Shown: piece by piece, positions 36,846 to 49,426 of the stretch
How positions within the stretch are numbered: the stretch's first letter is position 1
Layout: each line of letters opens with the position of its first letter
Origin: Eimeria praecox
Taxonomy: Eukaryota
Assembly: GCA_963920595.1 (NCBI GenBank)
Contig: OY986946.1
Span: 9,734,001-9,795,849, forward strand
DNA: 61,849 bases
Reading direction: 5' to 3'
Notes under the pieces: generated by a model
What the model was told of the DNA's origin: nothing
The model's input: the letters and a program-made list of their open reading frames with translations, nothing else
The model's database searches: none
Made by a program: the position numbers and the translations under genes

Positions 36846-38399
36846 GATGTTTGGCAATACACATGGTGCTTCACAGGAAGTACGCATGGCAGTGCGTTTG
36901 GCCTGTCTACAGAACGCTGTGGGTTGAGCTTCGTTCGCTCGTTCTTTGGCAATGGGAGGCGTTTACATTTCTTGTTAACTTCTCAGATGTTTGCGCGGGA
37001 ACATGGGGATACGGTACCAGTGTTTCGTGCATTGCAGTCGATGTGGTGATCCACAGCATTAGAGCATTTGAGTGTGGGGATGGGTATTTGGATGGACTAC
37101 AACGTTGCGGTTTCAGGGTTCAGGGCATGTGGCGGGGCATGTGTTGCGCAGGACGTACGCTTGGCTGAGCATCTAGCCTGTCCAGGCACAGCTGCGGGTT
37201 GAGCTTCACTCGTTGGTTCGTTGGGAATGTCAGCAGTCTAAATTTCTGAGTATCTTGGCAGATATTTGCGAGTCACGATCGGCGTATGGTAGGGGTGTTT
37301 GGTGCGTTGTAGTCGATATGTTGTTCCACAGCATTAGAGCATTTGAGTGTGGGGATGGATATTTGGATGGATTACAACGATGCGGTGTCAGGGTTCAGGG
37401 CATGTGGTGGGACATCTGGTGGGTGTTTTACAGACAGTACGCATTCCGGCGTGTTCGGCCTGTCTATGGAAAGCTGTGGATTGAGCGTCACGTGGTGGTT
37501 GTTTGGGAGTGGCAACTGTCTCAACTGCTGAGTCTCTCGGCAGATATTTGCCGGTTAGGACTGGGGTGTGGTAGGGGTGTTTGGTGCGTTGCAGTCGATA
37601 TGGCGTTCTGCAGCATTAGAGCATTTGCGTGTGGGTATGGCTATTTGGATGGAGCACAACGCTGCGTTTTCAGGGTTCAGGGTATGTGGCTGGACGCCTG
37701 TTGGGTGGTTAACAGCCGGTACCCATTGCGGCGCGTTTGGCCTGCAGATTGGACTTCGCTCGCCTGCGGTTCGTTTGGGAAGGCAGCCGTCTGCATTGCT
37801 GAGTATCTGGGCAGATATTTGCAAGTCCGGATCGGTGTATGGTAGGGGTGTTTGGTGCGTTGCATTCGATGGGATGTTCCACAGCACTAGAATATTTGAG
37901 TATTGGCGGAGCCTCTGGTGGGTGGTGCACAGGCAGTACGCATTGCGGCGCGTTTGGCCTGTCTGCAGAAAGCTGTAAATTGTGCCCCGCGTGCGGGTTG
38001 TCTCGGAATGACAACTGGCCGAATTGCTGAGTCTCTGGGCAGATATTTGGGAGTCAGGATCGGGGTATGGTAGGGGTGTTTGATGAATTGCAGTCGATGT
38101 GGTATTGCATAGCATTAGAGCGTTTGAGCATGGGTATGGCTATTTGGGTGGAGCACAACGCTGCGTTTTCAGGGTTCAGGGTATGTGGCGAGACGCCTGG
38201 TGTATGTTTCTCAGCCGGTGCGCATTGCGGCGTGTTTGGCCTGTCGAAAAGAACCTGTAGATTAAGCGTCGCCCGGTTGGTAGTTGTTTGGGGAGGGCAG
38301 CAGTCTGCATTGCTGAGTATCTGGGCAGATATTTGCGAGGCAGGATTGGTGTATGGTAGGGGTGTTTAGTGCGTTGCAGTCGATGTGGTGTTGCACAGC

Positions 38400-41300
38400 A
38401 TTAGAGCAATTGCGTATGGGTATGGCTATTTGGATGGAGCACAGCGTTGCGTTTTCAGGGTTCAGGGTATGTGGCCGGGCATCTGATGGGTGCTTCACAG
38501 GAGGTACGGATTGAGGCGTGTTTTGCTGTCTACAGAACGCTGGGGATTGAGCTTCACGCGAAGGTTGTTTGGGAAGGGCATCTGTCTAAATTGCTGAGTA
38601 TCTGGGCTCGAAGGGACTCTATAACGAGACCTATTGCTCCTCTAGAGTCTCCTAAGAACGAGTGACCGTACGATCTAAGCTGAAAGACGATGCCGCAAAC
38701 ACCCTGTTCCGTGCATAGCGCCCCTTGCCTATGCTACTGAATGGGTGGTTCGCAAGAGGTACACATTGCGGCGCGTTTGGCCTGTCTACAAAAAGCTTGC
38801 GATTGAGTGTCGCTTGACGATTGTTTGGGAAGGGCAACTGTTTAAATTGCTGAGTTCGTTGGCCGAGATTTGCGAGGCAGGATCGGCGTATGGTAGGGGT
38901 GTTTAGTGCGTTGCAGTCGATGTGGTGTTCTACAGATTAAGAGCAACTGAGTATGGGTATGGCCATTTGGATGGAGCACAACGTTGCGGTGTTTCAGGGT
39001 TGAGGGTATGTGGCGGGACATCTGGAGGGGATTTCACAGGAGGTACGCATTGCGGCGCGTTTGGCCTGCCTACAGAACGCTGGGGATTGAGCTTCGCTTG
39101 GTGTTTGTTTGGGAATGGCAGCAGGCTGCATTGCTGAGTCTCTGGGCAGATATTTGCAAGTTAAGATCAAGGTTTCGTAGGGGAGTTTCGTGCGTTGCAG
39201 TCAATGTGGCGTTGCACAGTCTTGGGACATGCAGAGCATTAGAGCAGTTGAGTGTGGGGGTGGATATTGGGATGGAGCACAGCGTTGCGGTTTGAGGGGT
39301 CTGGGTGTGTGGCGGGACACACGGTGGTATTTCACAGGAAGTACGCATTGGGGCCCAATTCACCTGTCTACAGAAAGCTGTGGATTGAACGTCGCTTTTA
39401 TTTTGTTTGGGAAGGGCAACCGTTTAAATTGCTGAGTTCGTTGGCCGGTATTTGCGATACAGGATCAGGGTTTGGTAGGCGTCGATGGTGCGTTGCAGTG
39501 GATGTGGTGTTCCACAGCACTAGAACATTTGAGTATGGGGGTGGATATTGGGATGGTATACAACATTGCAGTCTTCCACGGTACGCGTTGCGGCGTGTTT
39601 GTCCTGTCTACAGAAAGCTGCGGATTGCGCTTCACTTTATGGTTGTTTGGGAGTGGCATCTGGGCAGATATTTGCCTCGTAGAAGGGGTGTGTGGTAGGG
39701 GTGTTTGGTGCGTTGCAGTCGATATGGTGTTGCACAGCATTAGAGCATTTGCGTGTGGGTACGGCTATTTGGATGGAGCACAGCGTTGCGTTTTCAGGGT
39801 TCAGGGTATGTGGCCGGGCATCTGATGGGTGCTTCACAGGAGGTACGGATTGAGGCGTGTTTTGCTGTCTACAGAACGCTGGGGATTGCGCTTCACGCGA
39901 AGGTTGTTTGGGAAGGGCATCTGTCTAAATTGCTGAGTATCTGGGCTCGAAGGGACTCTATAACGAGACCTATTGCTCCTCTAGAGTCTCCTAAGAACGA
40001 GTGACCGTACGATCTAAGCTGAAAGACGATGCCGCAAACACCCTGTTCCGTGCATAGCGCCCCTTGCCTATGCTACTGAATGGGTGGTTCGCAAGAGGTA
40101 CACATTGCGGCGCGTTTGGCCTGTCTACAAAAAGCTTGCGATTGAGCGTCGCTTGAAGGTTGTTTGGGAAGGGCAACTGTTTAAATTGCTGAGTTCGTTG
40201 GCCGAGATTTGCGAGGCAGGATCGGCGTATGGTAGGGGTGTTTAGTGCGTTGCAGTCGATGTGGTGTTCTACAGATTAAGAGCAACTGAGTATGGGTATG
40301 GCCATTTGGATGGAGCACAACGTTGCGGTGTTTCAGGGTTGAGGGTATGTGGCGGGACATCTGGAGGGGATTTCACAGGAGGTACGCATTGCGGCGCGTT
40401 TGGCCTGCCTACAGAACGCTGGGGATTGAGCTTCGCTTGGTGTTTGTTTGGGAATGGCAGCAGGCTGCATTGCTGAGTCTCTGGGCAGATATTTGCAAGT
40501 TAAGATCAAGGTTTCGTAGGGGAGTTTCGTGCGTTGCAGTCAATGTGGCGTTGCACAGTCTTGGGACATGCAGAGCATTAGAGCAGTTGAGTGTGGGGGT
40601 GGATATTGGGATGGAGCACAGCGTTGCGGTTTGAGGGGTCTGGGTGTGTGGCGGGACACACGGTGGTATTTCACAGGAAGTACGCATTGGGGCCCAATTC
40701 ACCTGTCTACAGAAAGCTGTGGATTGAACGTCGCTTTTATTTTGTTTTTGAAGGGCAACCGTTTAAATTGCTGAGTTCGTTGGCCGGTATTTGCGATACA
40801 GGATCAGGGTTTGGTAGGCGTCGATGGTGCGTTGCAGTGGATGTGGTGTTCCACAGCACTAGAACATTTGAGTATGGGGGTGGATATTGGGATGGTATAC
40901 AACATTGCAGTCTTCCACGGTACGCGTTGCGGCGTGTTTGTCCTGTCTACAGAAAGCTGCGGATTGCGCTTCACTTTATGGTTGTTTGGGAGTGGCATCT
41001 GGGCAGATATTTGCCTCGTAGAAGGGGTGTGTGGTAGGGGTGTTTGGTGCGTTGCAGTCGATATGGTGTTGCACAGCATTAGAGCATTTGCGTGTGGGTA
41101 CGGCTATTTGGATGGAGCACAGCGTTGCGTTTTCAGGGTTCAGGGTATGTGGCCGGGCATCTGATGGGTGCTTCACAGGAGGTACGGATTGAGGCGTGTT
41201 TTGCTGTCTACAGAACGCTGGGGATTGCGCTTCACGCGAAGGTTGTTTGGGAAGGGCATCTGTCTAAATTGCTGAGTATCTGGGCTCGAAGGGACTCTAT

Positions 41301-41690
41301 AACGAGACCTATTGCTCCTCTAGAGTCTCCTAAGAACGAGTGACCGTACGATCTAAGCTGAAAGACGATGCCGCAAACACCCTGTTCCGTGCATAGCGCC
41401 CCTTGCCTATGCTACTGAATGGGTGGTTCGCAAGAGGTACACATTGCGGCGCGTTTGGCCTGTCTACAAAAAGCTTGCGATTGAGCGTCGCTTGAAGGTT
41501 GTTTGGGAAGGGCAACTGTTTAAATTGCTGAGTTCGTTGGCCGAGATTTGCGAGGCAGGATCGGCGTATGGTAGGGGTGTTTAGTGCGTTGCAGTCGATG
41601 TGGTGTTCTACAGATTAAGAGCAATTGAGTATGGGTATGGCTATTTGGATGGAGCACAACGTTGCGGTGTTTCAGGGTTGAGGGCATGTG
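38400..41690 (+). repeat. 1339 bp higher-order repeat (~2.4 copies) containing a non-satellite insert
   Basis: ORFs at 38652/39991/41330 and 38922/40261/41600 are offset by exactly 1339 bp. Confidence 0.96.
38606..38743 (-). repeat. Inverted ~138 bp fragment of the complex element inserted in satellite (also at 39945-40082 and 41284-41421)
   Basis: The reverse complement reads 'cattcagtagcataggcaaggggcgctatgcacggaacagggtgtttgcggcatcgtctttcagc...aggagactctagaggagcaataggtctcgttatagagtcccttcgagc'. It matches 8918-9082 (also 35363-35527 and 47941-48105) with a ~26 bp internal deletion. Confidence 0.93.
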
Positions 41691-44594
41691 GCCGGACATC
41701 TAATGGGTGCTTCACAGGAAGTACGCATTGCGGCGCGTTTGGCCTGCCTACAGAAAGCTGTGGATTGAGCGTCACGTGGTGGTTGTTTGGGAAGGGCATC
41801 TGTCTAAATTGCTGAGTACCTTGGCAGATATTTCCGAGGCAGGATTGGGGTGTGGTAGGGGTGTTTGGTGCGTTGCAGTCAATGTGATGTTGCACAGCAT
41901 TAGAGCATTTGAGTGAGGTTATGGTAATTTGGAGGGAGCACATAGTTGCGGTTTTAGGGTTCAGGGTATGTGGCGTGACATCTGGTGGGTGTTTCACAGG
42001 AGGTACGCATGGCGGCGCGTTTGGCGTGTCCACAGAAAGCTGTAGATTGAGCTTCGGTCGCTAGCTGTTTGAGGATGGCAACTGCCTAAATTGCTGAGTG
42101 CCTTGCCAGATATTTGCGAGGCAGGATTGGGATGTGGTAGGGGTGTTTGGTCCGTTGCAGTCAATGTCGTTTTGTACAGCATTCGAGCGTTTGAGTGTTT
42201 TTATGGCTATTTGGATGGAGCACAACGTTGCGTTTTGAGGGTTCAGGGTATGTGGCGGGACATCTGGTGGGCATTTCACAGCCGGTACGCATTGCGGCGC
42301 ATTTGGCCTGTCTACAGAAGCTGTGGATTGAGCTTCACTTGGTGTTTGTTTGGGAAGGGCAGCAGTCTAAATTGCTGAGTATCTGGGCAGATATTTGCCT
42401 GTTAGGACCGCGGTGTGGTAGGGGTGTTTGGTGCGTTGCAGCCGATGGGGTGTTCTGCAGCATTAGAGCATTTGAGTGTGGTTATGGCTATTTGGATGGA
42501 TGGCAACGTTGCGTTTTCAGGGTTGAGGGTATGCGGCGGGCCATCTGGTGGGTGTTTCACAGAAAGTGGGCATTGCGGCGCGTTTGGGCTGTTTACAGAA
42601 GCTGTGGATTGAGCTTCGCTTGGTGTGTGTTTGGGAAGGGCATCTGTCGACATGCTGAGTGTCTGGGCGGCTATATGCGGGGCAGGATCGGGATATGGTA
42701 GGGGTGTTTGGTGCATTGCAGTCGATGCGGTGGTGCACAGCATTAAAGCGTTTGCATGTGGGTATGGCTATTTGGATGGAGCACAACGTTGCGGTGTTTC
42801 AGAGTTCAGAGTATGTGTCGGGGCATCTGGTGGGTGCTTCACAGACAGTAGGCATTGCGGCGCGTTTGGGCTGTTTACAGAAGCTATGGATTGAGCTTCG
42901 CTTGGTGTTTGTTTGGGAATGGCAGCAGGTTGCATTGCTGAGTCTCTGGGCAGATATTTGCAAGTTAAGATCAGGATTTCGTAGGGGTGTTTGGTGCTTT
43001 GCAGTCGATGTGGTGTTGCACAGTATTAGCGCATACAGAGCATTAGAGCAGTTGAGTGTGGGGGTGGATATTGGGATGGAGCACAGCGTTGCAGTTTGAG
43101 GGGTCTGGGTGTGTTGCGGGACACATGGTGGTATTTCACAGGAAGTACGCATTGGGGCCCAATTCACCTGTCTACAGAAAGCTGTGGATTGATCATCGCT
43201 TTTATTTTGTTTTTGAAGGGCAACCGTTTAAATTGCTGAGTTCGTTGGCCGGTATTTGCGAGACAGGATCAGGGTTTGGTAGGAGTGATTGGTGCGTTGC
43301 AGTGGATGTGGTGTTCCACAGCACTAGAACATTTGAGTATGGGGGTGGATATTGGGATGGTATACAACATTGCGGTTTTCCAGGATTCAGCGTATGCGGC
43401 GTGACATCTGGTGGGTGTTTCACAGGAGGTACGCATGGCGGCGCTTTTGGCGTGTCCACAGAAAGCTGTAGACTGAGCTTCGGTCGCTGGCTGTTTGAGG
43501 ATGGCAAGTGTCTAAATTGCTGAGTACCTTGCCAGATATTTGCAAGGCAGGATTGGGGTGTGGTAGGGGTGTTTGGTGCATTGCAGTCGATGGGGTGTTC
43601 TGCAGCATTAGAGCATTTGAGTGTGGTTATGGCTATTTGGATGGATTACAACGTTGCGTTTTCAGAGTTCAGAGTATGTGTCGGGGCATCTGGTGGGTGC
43701 TTCACAGACAGTAGGCATTGCGGCGCGTTTGGGCTGTTTACAGAAGCTATGGATTGAGCTTCGCTTGGTGTTTGTTTGGGAATGGCAGCAGGTTGCATTG
43801 CTGAGTCTCTGGGCAGATATTTGCAAGTTAAGATCAGGATTTCGTAGGGGTGTTTGGTGCGTTGCAGTCGATGTGGTGGTCCACAGCATTAGAGCACGCA
43901 GAGCCTTAGACCAGTTGAATGTGGGGGTGGATATTGGGATGGAGCACAACGTTGCGGTGTTTCGGAGTTCAGAGTAAGTGGCTGGACATCTGGTGGTTGT
44001 TTCACAATCCGGTACGCATGGCAGCGTGTTTGGCGTGTCGGCAGAAAACTGTGGATTGAGCTTCACTTGGTGTTTGTTTGGGAATGGCAGCAGTCTAAAT
44101 TGCTGAGTATCTGGGCAGATATTTGCCTGCTAGGATCGGGGAATTTGAGGGGTGTTGGGTGCGTTGCAGTCTATGTGGTGTTCTGCAGCGTTAGAGCATT
44201 TGAGTGTGGTTATGGCTATTTGGATGGATTACAACGTTGCGTGTTCAGAGTTCAGGGTATGTTGCGGGGTATCCGGTGGGTGTTTCACAGACAGTACGGA
44301 TTGCGGCGCGTTTGGGCTGTCTACGGAAAGCTGTGGATTGATCGTTCGCTTGCTGGGTGTTTGTAGAGGGCATCTGTCGACATGCTGAGTGTCTGGGCGG
44401 CTATTTGCGAGGCAGGATCGGGATATGGTAGGGGCGTTTGGTGCGTTGCATTCGATGTGGTGTTTCACAGCATTGCCTCATTTAATTCTGGCACGTTTAA
44501 TTGGAGGGGGAGAAGGGTGCGGTTTGAGGGTTAAAAGTATGTGGAAGGGGAAATTTGGAGTGTTTCACAGAAGGTGCGTAAGGCGGCCGTTTAC

Positions 44595-47500
44595 GTCGAT
44601 AGTGACTGGCTACGCTACCGCTATGGCAAGGGCTGCATGTCGAGTGGGATTCTGGAACATCCGAGCCAAAGCATGAAGCTCCCGAGCACGCCGACAACCA
44701 CGCTGGATTCGGCCTATCGACGGGCGCACCAACGTTGCAGCATGCGTTGCTGACTGGGCTCAGGTGGAGTTTCTGAAAATGACGCTGAATCGATCTCTGC
44801 GCTCACAGAGGTTGGGCTGTTATTGCAAAACCCACCAATGTGTATTAGCCCTCCCAGAACATCCGCTTGTGCCTTTTGTAGTATTCCAGAAACTCTGCGT
44901 TTATTATATATGCATTGCTTAAGCAAAATGGCATGTATAGTAATTTTATGTAAAGGCAACTGGGCCCCAAAACGTTTAGCATATGATTCCATAATGCAGA
45001 GTTGCCGCCGGCCATCACCACGCGCTTGCACGCATCTTCAGCTAACGGCGTTCCCGGTCTCGCTAACAGTTCTGTCGATAACCTTCAAACAGCCATTCTG
45101 CAGCGAATGAAACAGTTGCTAAAAGCCAATATGCGGCAACACGCCATCAGCGAAGTGTAGTTGTGACGCTGGGATGCTATGTGAAGCCTGTACGCATTCC
45201 ATTCATGCCAAGCCTCATGGTGGTGCCCATGCGTGTGGCATGCGTGTGGGGCCGGGCATGGACGTTGCCGCAGGCTCGAAGGCTTTAGCTCCCTGGGATC
45301 TCTATGCTTTTCCAGCGTTGAGTGGAGTGCGAGTTTAGCGGCACGCAGTAGGGGAGTGCGATGCGTACTTGACGGCGCTCAGTGGCATGCAACACTCCCT
45401 CTAGGGTTGGGCGAAGGGAGCACATGATACGGCAATGGGAGTACAACCCCCCGCCCAGGAAGCGGGTCGACTGCCTAGGGGCAATGAGCAGTCCTCATGA
45501 TTGATCAGCGTCGGTTCAAAGTAGCCAAAGTTCATTTGCACTGAGCAAGGCCTCGCATGCTAGCAGGAGGCTTTCATCGAAGAAGATGAGATCGACGGTA
45601 GTAGCATGGACACCCGCGTGTGCAAACGGCAAGGGGCTGCGCTGACCCTTAGACAACGCCTAATCAACGCGTAGCTCTTTAGGGGTCCTCACACAGTTGC
45701 ACCAAAGCATTCAGCTTTGGCACAACTTCAGCAGATTTCCTTCATTGTATACACACGGATTAAGTAAGCAGGGTGTCTGTGCAGCCAGAAGCTGAGCAGT
45801 TGCAACAAAATATAAACCCAATGAATTCGAAGACGTGGTGCATTGCCCACTGGCGACAGCCGCATGCATTTACGTGTGCCTCCAGAGGGCATAGTTGCAC
45901 GCGAAGGCAATGCTTTGCGTGCTTTCGAAACCGTCCTACCCGCAGTCCATCTGGCGTTGAGTTGATTCAGCCTTTTGACCAGGCATGGCTTATGCGTGGA
46001 GCTTGCGTCTTATGCAGAAAGTAGGCTTTCATCTACATAGTTTATGTGTAAACTCTATACCGCGAAGTATTGTTTGCGCCGAGGATGTCTGCATGACGTT
46101 GGAGTGACATGCATATGCGAGAGCCGCAAGGGAGAGACGGGTCGAGTAATATGCGGTGCCGAGGGGCCCGGGAACGGTGAGCCTGGCGTGACTGAAGACA
46201 AAATAACGGAGTGGGTTTTTGGGTGCTCTGTAAATTGCCGTGTGGAAGTTCAACACCTAGTTTATAGGCTTGGCATGAAGCTCGGCAACAACGGATCCCA
46301 TAATTTTCGTACTAGTAGCCCTGTTGAGTAGGGGGCAAATAGGTCGAAAGCATTGATGTACTGTTCACTTCTTTCGTGTTGACGGTGGCCGCTTTTGCTT
46401 TTGGCAGGCTCGATAGAGTCCCTACACGGGCTGCAAGAGTTGTTTGCTGAGTGAACTCGATTTTACGCTTTGTGAGGCCCTTCGGGAAATCCTCTGTTAG
46501 AATAGTGGCTGCTGACATTAGCAGTGAATGCTATGCTGCGCAAGAACTGGAATTAACAGGTGCTGCACCGTGCGGAAAGCGCTTCAGTGGAACATTACCG
46601 CATGTAGCATTAGAGCTAAGCGTATAGCATAGGATGCTCTGGTGTGAGGTTCTCGCATTTGGAGGCTTGCTGCTCATGTTTGCCTTGGATAGGCTTGGAT
46701 AGGCGCCGGAGGGTCATCGTTGAAGGGCAGCATGAAATGATTTGAGCAGCCCATAATTTATGCAGGCCACAAATTGCTGCATGATGCCCTACAGCGATGC
46801 CATGCTCCTCACCCGTTTTTGTGGATATACAGATGAAGCTTAGCGCCATAGCCGAACTTCTTGTTTTCCGCATTCGCGCACTGGTGGAATAACATTCTTA
46901 CAATAAGGCCTGCCTCCACACACAAGAAGCTCTATCTCATCGGGATGCAAAGCAATACACACGCGCAATCTATCACTGAGTTGGAAAATGGTGTGCTATG
47001 CTTGTCGTTTGAGCGTCGGCACAAAACATGAATGATATTTTGAAAGCAAAGTGTGCCTTGGCTTTAAGCGCGTCTTGGCACGACTCGAACGTTTGGGAAA
47101 GCGTCGTTACACTGACTTGGCAACAAGGCTTGAATGCGTTGCGATAGCCGATTAAACCGGCTTCGAGGTTTTGACTAGCGGTTACTTATTGGAGTCTGGC
47201 AAGTGCTGATCAAGCTTGATTTCCTTGGGAAACGTCATCTCACCGCCTCTTTGCAGTAAATGCAGCAAGGCGGTTCGGGGCGCCCAACTCAGTTCGTGCG
47301 TTGGAGAACTTTTAGTGGTTTTGAGCTTACCAACAAGACTTGATTTTGCTTTGTCAATAGATTGATCAGGTGTACGCTGATGGCCAGGCTTGGCTCTGTA
47401 TCCGGGGGCTTTTTTCTCAATGGGCTTTCAGTACAGGGCGTGTTAAGGCGGGTTTTCCGGAGCGTTCAGGAATGCCTGTGTACATGAATTTTTGCTTTTT

Positions 47501-49426
47501 CATGCTTTTGTTTCTTTCCAGACACAGCAGCGCGAGCGTTTAGGCTGCTTCCCTGAAATGCCCTATAAGCACAGCTCCACCGGATGAGGGCAAAGCTGGG
47601 TAAATTGGGAGGGTGCACAGGGTTAAAGCCATAGGGCAATGCAGGGCCAGGCTGTATATCAGCGCTGGGGGAATCGAATTCTGTTTCTTGTATATCGGAC
47701 GTTTTGCAGAAACAAGCGGCTTAGTTGCTTTACAACCATACGTTGTGAGCATTTGTGACCAATTTGACTTAGGGGTAGAGTACGCTTTCTGCTTTCTCAA
47801 CCTTAAATGCCCAGGGGATATCGCATACGCGTTGTATGGAACCGCAGCGCAATGGCTGCCACGTCTCTCCTCTACAGTATGAACAGCCAATCCTGGCTCT
47901 TAATGTTAAGTTGCGAGGAGGCATTGGTAGCAAGACCTGGCATTCAGTAGCATAGGCAAGGGTCGCTTTGCACGGAACGCGCGCTACTCGAACTGCGATA
48001 GGCTTAAAGTGTTTGCGGCATCGTCTTTCAACTTAGACTGTACGGTCGCTCGTTCGTAGGAGACTCTAGTGAAGCAATAGATGTCGTTATAGAGTCTTTT
48101 CGAGCAGACAGCGGGATGCATAATTGCAAACGGAGCTCTTGCAAACACCTTAAATGGGTGCTGTCCTCATGCAAACAACGTAGTTGGTACGCTCGAAGCA
48201 TCATTGAAGCATTGCGGTATTTCCCGACACATGCTGGCGCAGTACAGAGTAGGCGCAGTAGTGATCGATCATACGTGGGCCATCTCAGTGCAGGGGGTTG
48301 CGAATCGAGAACTTGTATGGTCTAGTGGGCCCTCCGACAGGAATGAGGCGAGCACGTTTTTATCCTTGCCTGCTGTCGGTCGGCATTGAGATGCCTTTCC
48401 AGAAGAGTTCTCAAGGCGTGCTCAAAATTGCTCGCCCTTGGCACTGCAGTTTTTCGCAGATGTTGAAGGGGACCTTCGTCGTGTGTGTAGGGAGTGCGTA
48501 TCCAGCTCTGGCGAGCCGCTTCGGACGCATTGCCATTTTAGCGAGAGGCTAAAGGAGCGGCAGGAGGTTCGGTGCACGCGCGGTGCATTGGAGCAGAAGA
48601 GAACGGTCCGGAGAGCGTGCAGTGCGTTAGGTCCTCTAAGGCGGTAACTGTAAAGCGTTTACTTCAAAAGGGCTGTAACATATTAGGGGCGCCTTTCAGG
48701 TACAGTTGTGGTCTATATTTCGAAAGCACCTACGTGTGACGGCCTGGCACTTTATGCTGTTAAAACGGAATCAAAACCAGTGTATCGGGTTTAGCTGGGA
48801 TATTATATGGACAAACTGTCGTTACGCTGAGTATTAGCTGCGGTAAGCTGGTACTGCGCAGCATCGTCCGCGGTTCTTCACACTATATCGACTAGAGCAG
48901 TCCGTATCGATCATTTTCCCCCCCATGCAGTGGGATCCGCGGATTCATCAGGCAGGACGCAAGACGTTGAACCTTGGTTTCTTTTAGCGAGTCAATGTAA
49001 TGGGCTCGCGGTGAACCCCTTGTCTCATGACAAATTCCGTTTGTATACTACGGATCCGAAATCGGTGGTACATGTATTACACGAGTGTTATGCGCAGGAT
49101 GTCACTTGGTATTCTCGAATATGGACGATGCAGCACTCCAGGTAGCCTTTAGATACGCGCCAGTGGCTCGATCTGCGCCGGTATTTTGGGCGCATACTAG
49201 CATTGCACCTAGACAAGTTATCAAAAGACTTTCTCCTAGAAAGCACCAGCGTTCGTTCACCGTCCATGTTGCATAGCACAAATTTTCTCTTACACAGGAG
49301 GTGAGCAGGCTTACCCCTATTGTTCGTCTAAAGACAGAAGCCGCTTCAGCTGGGCTGCTCATTTGACCAGTGTGGTGTGGGACGGGATGTGTGAGGGACG
49401 AACAAAGCTCTGATCATACCCTCTAG
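44595..49426 (+). repeat. Complex subtelomeric element, copy 3 (~4.8 kb, most complete unexpanded copy)
   Basis: Colinear with copy 2 at an initial offset of 12164 bp. Paralogous short ORFs recur in the ORF track (7332-7826/34040-34297/46616-46873 and 9093/35538/48116). Confidence 0.95.

Larger units (their letters stand above)
36845..44594 (+). repeat. Subtelomeric satellite array 2, same ~283 bp family, ~28 copies
   Basis: Same monomer landmarks and orientation as array 1, with more diverged monomers. Confidence 0.95.

Noticed and set aside
44595..49426. Complex element as an autonomous telomeric retrotransposon or Y'-like helicase element
   Set aside because: The ORF track shows nothing longer than ~120 aa in this copy and no RT, integrase or helicase motifs. 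No LTR, TIR or poly(A) tail is visible.
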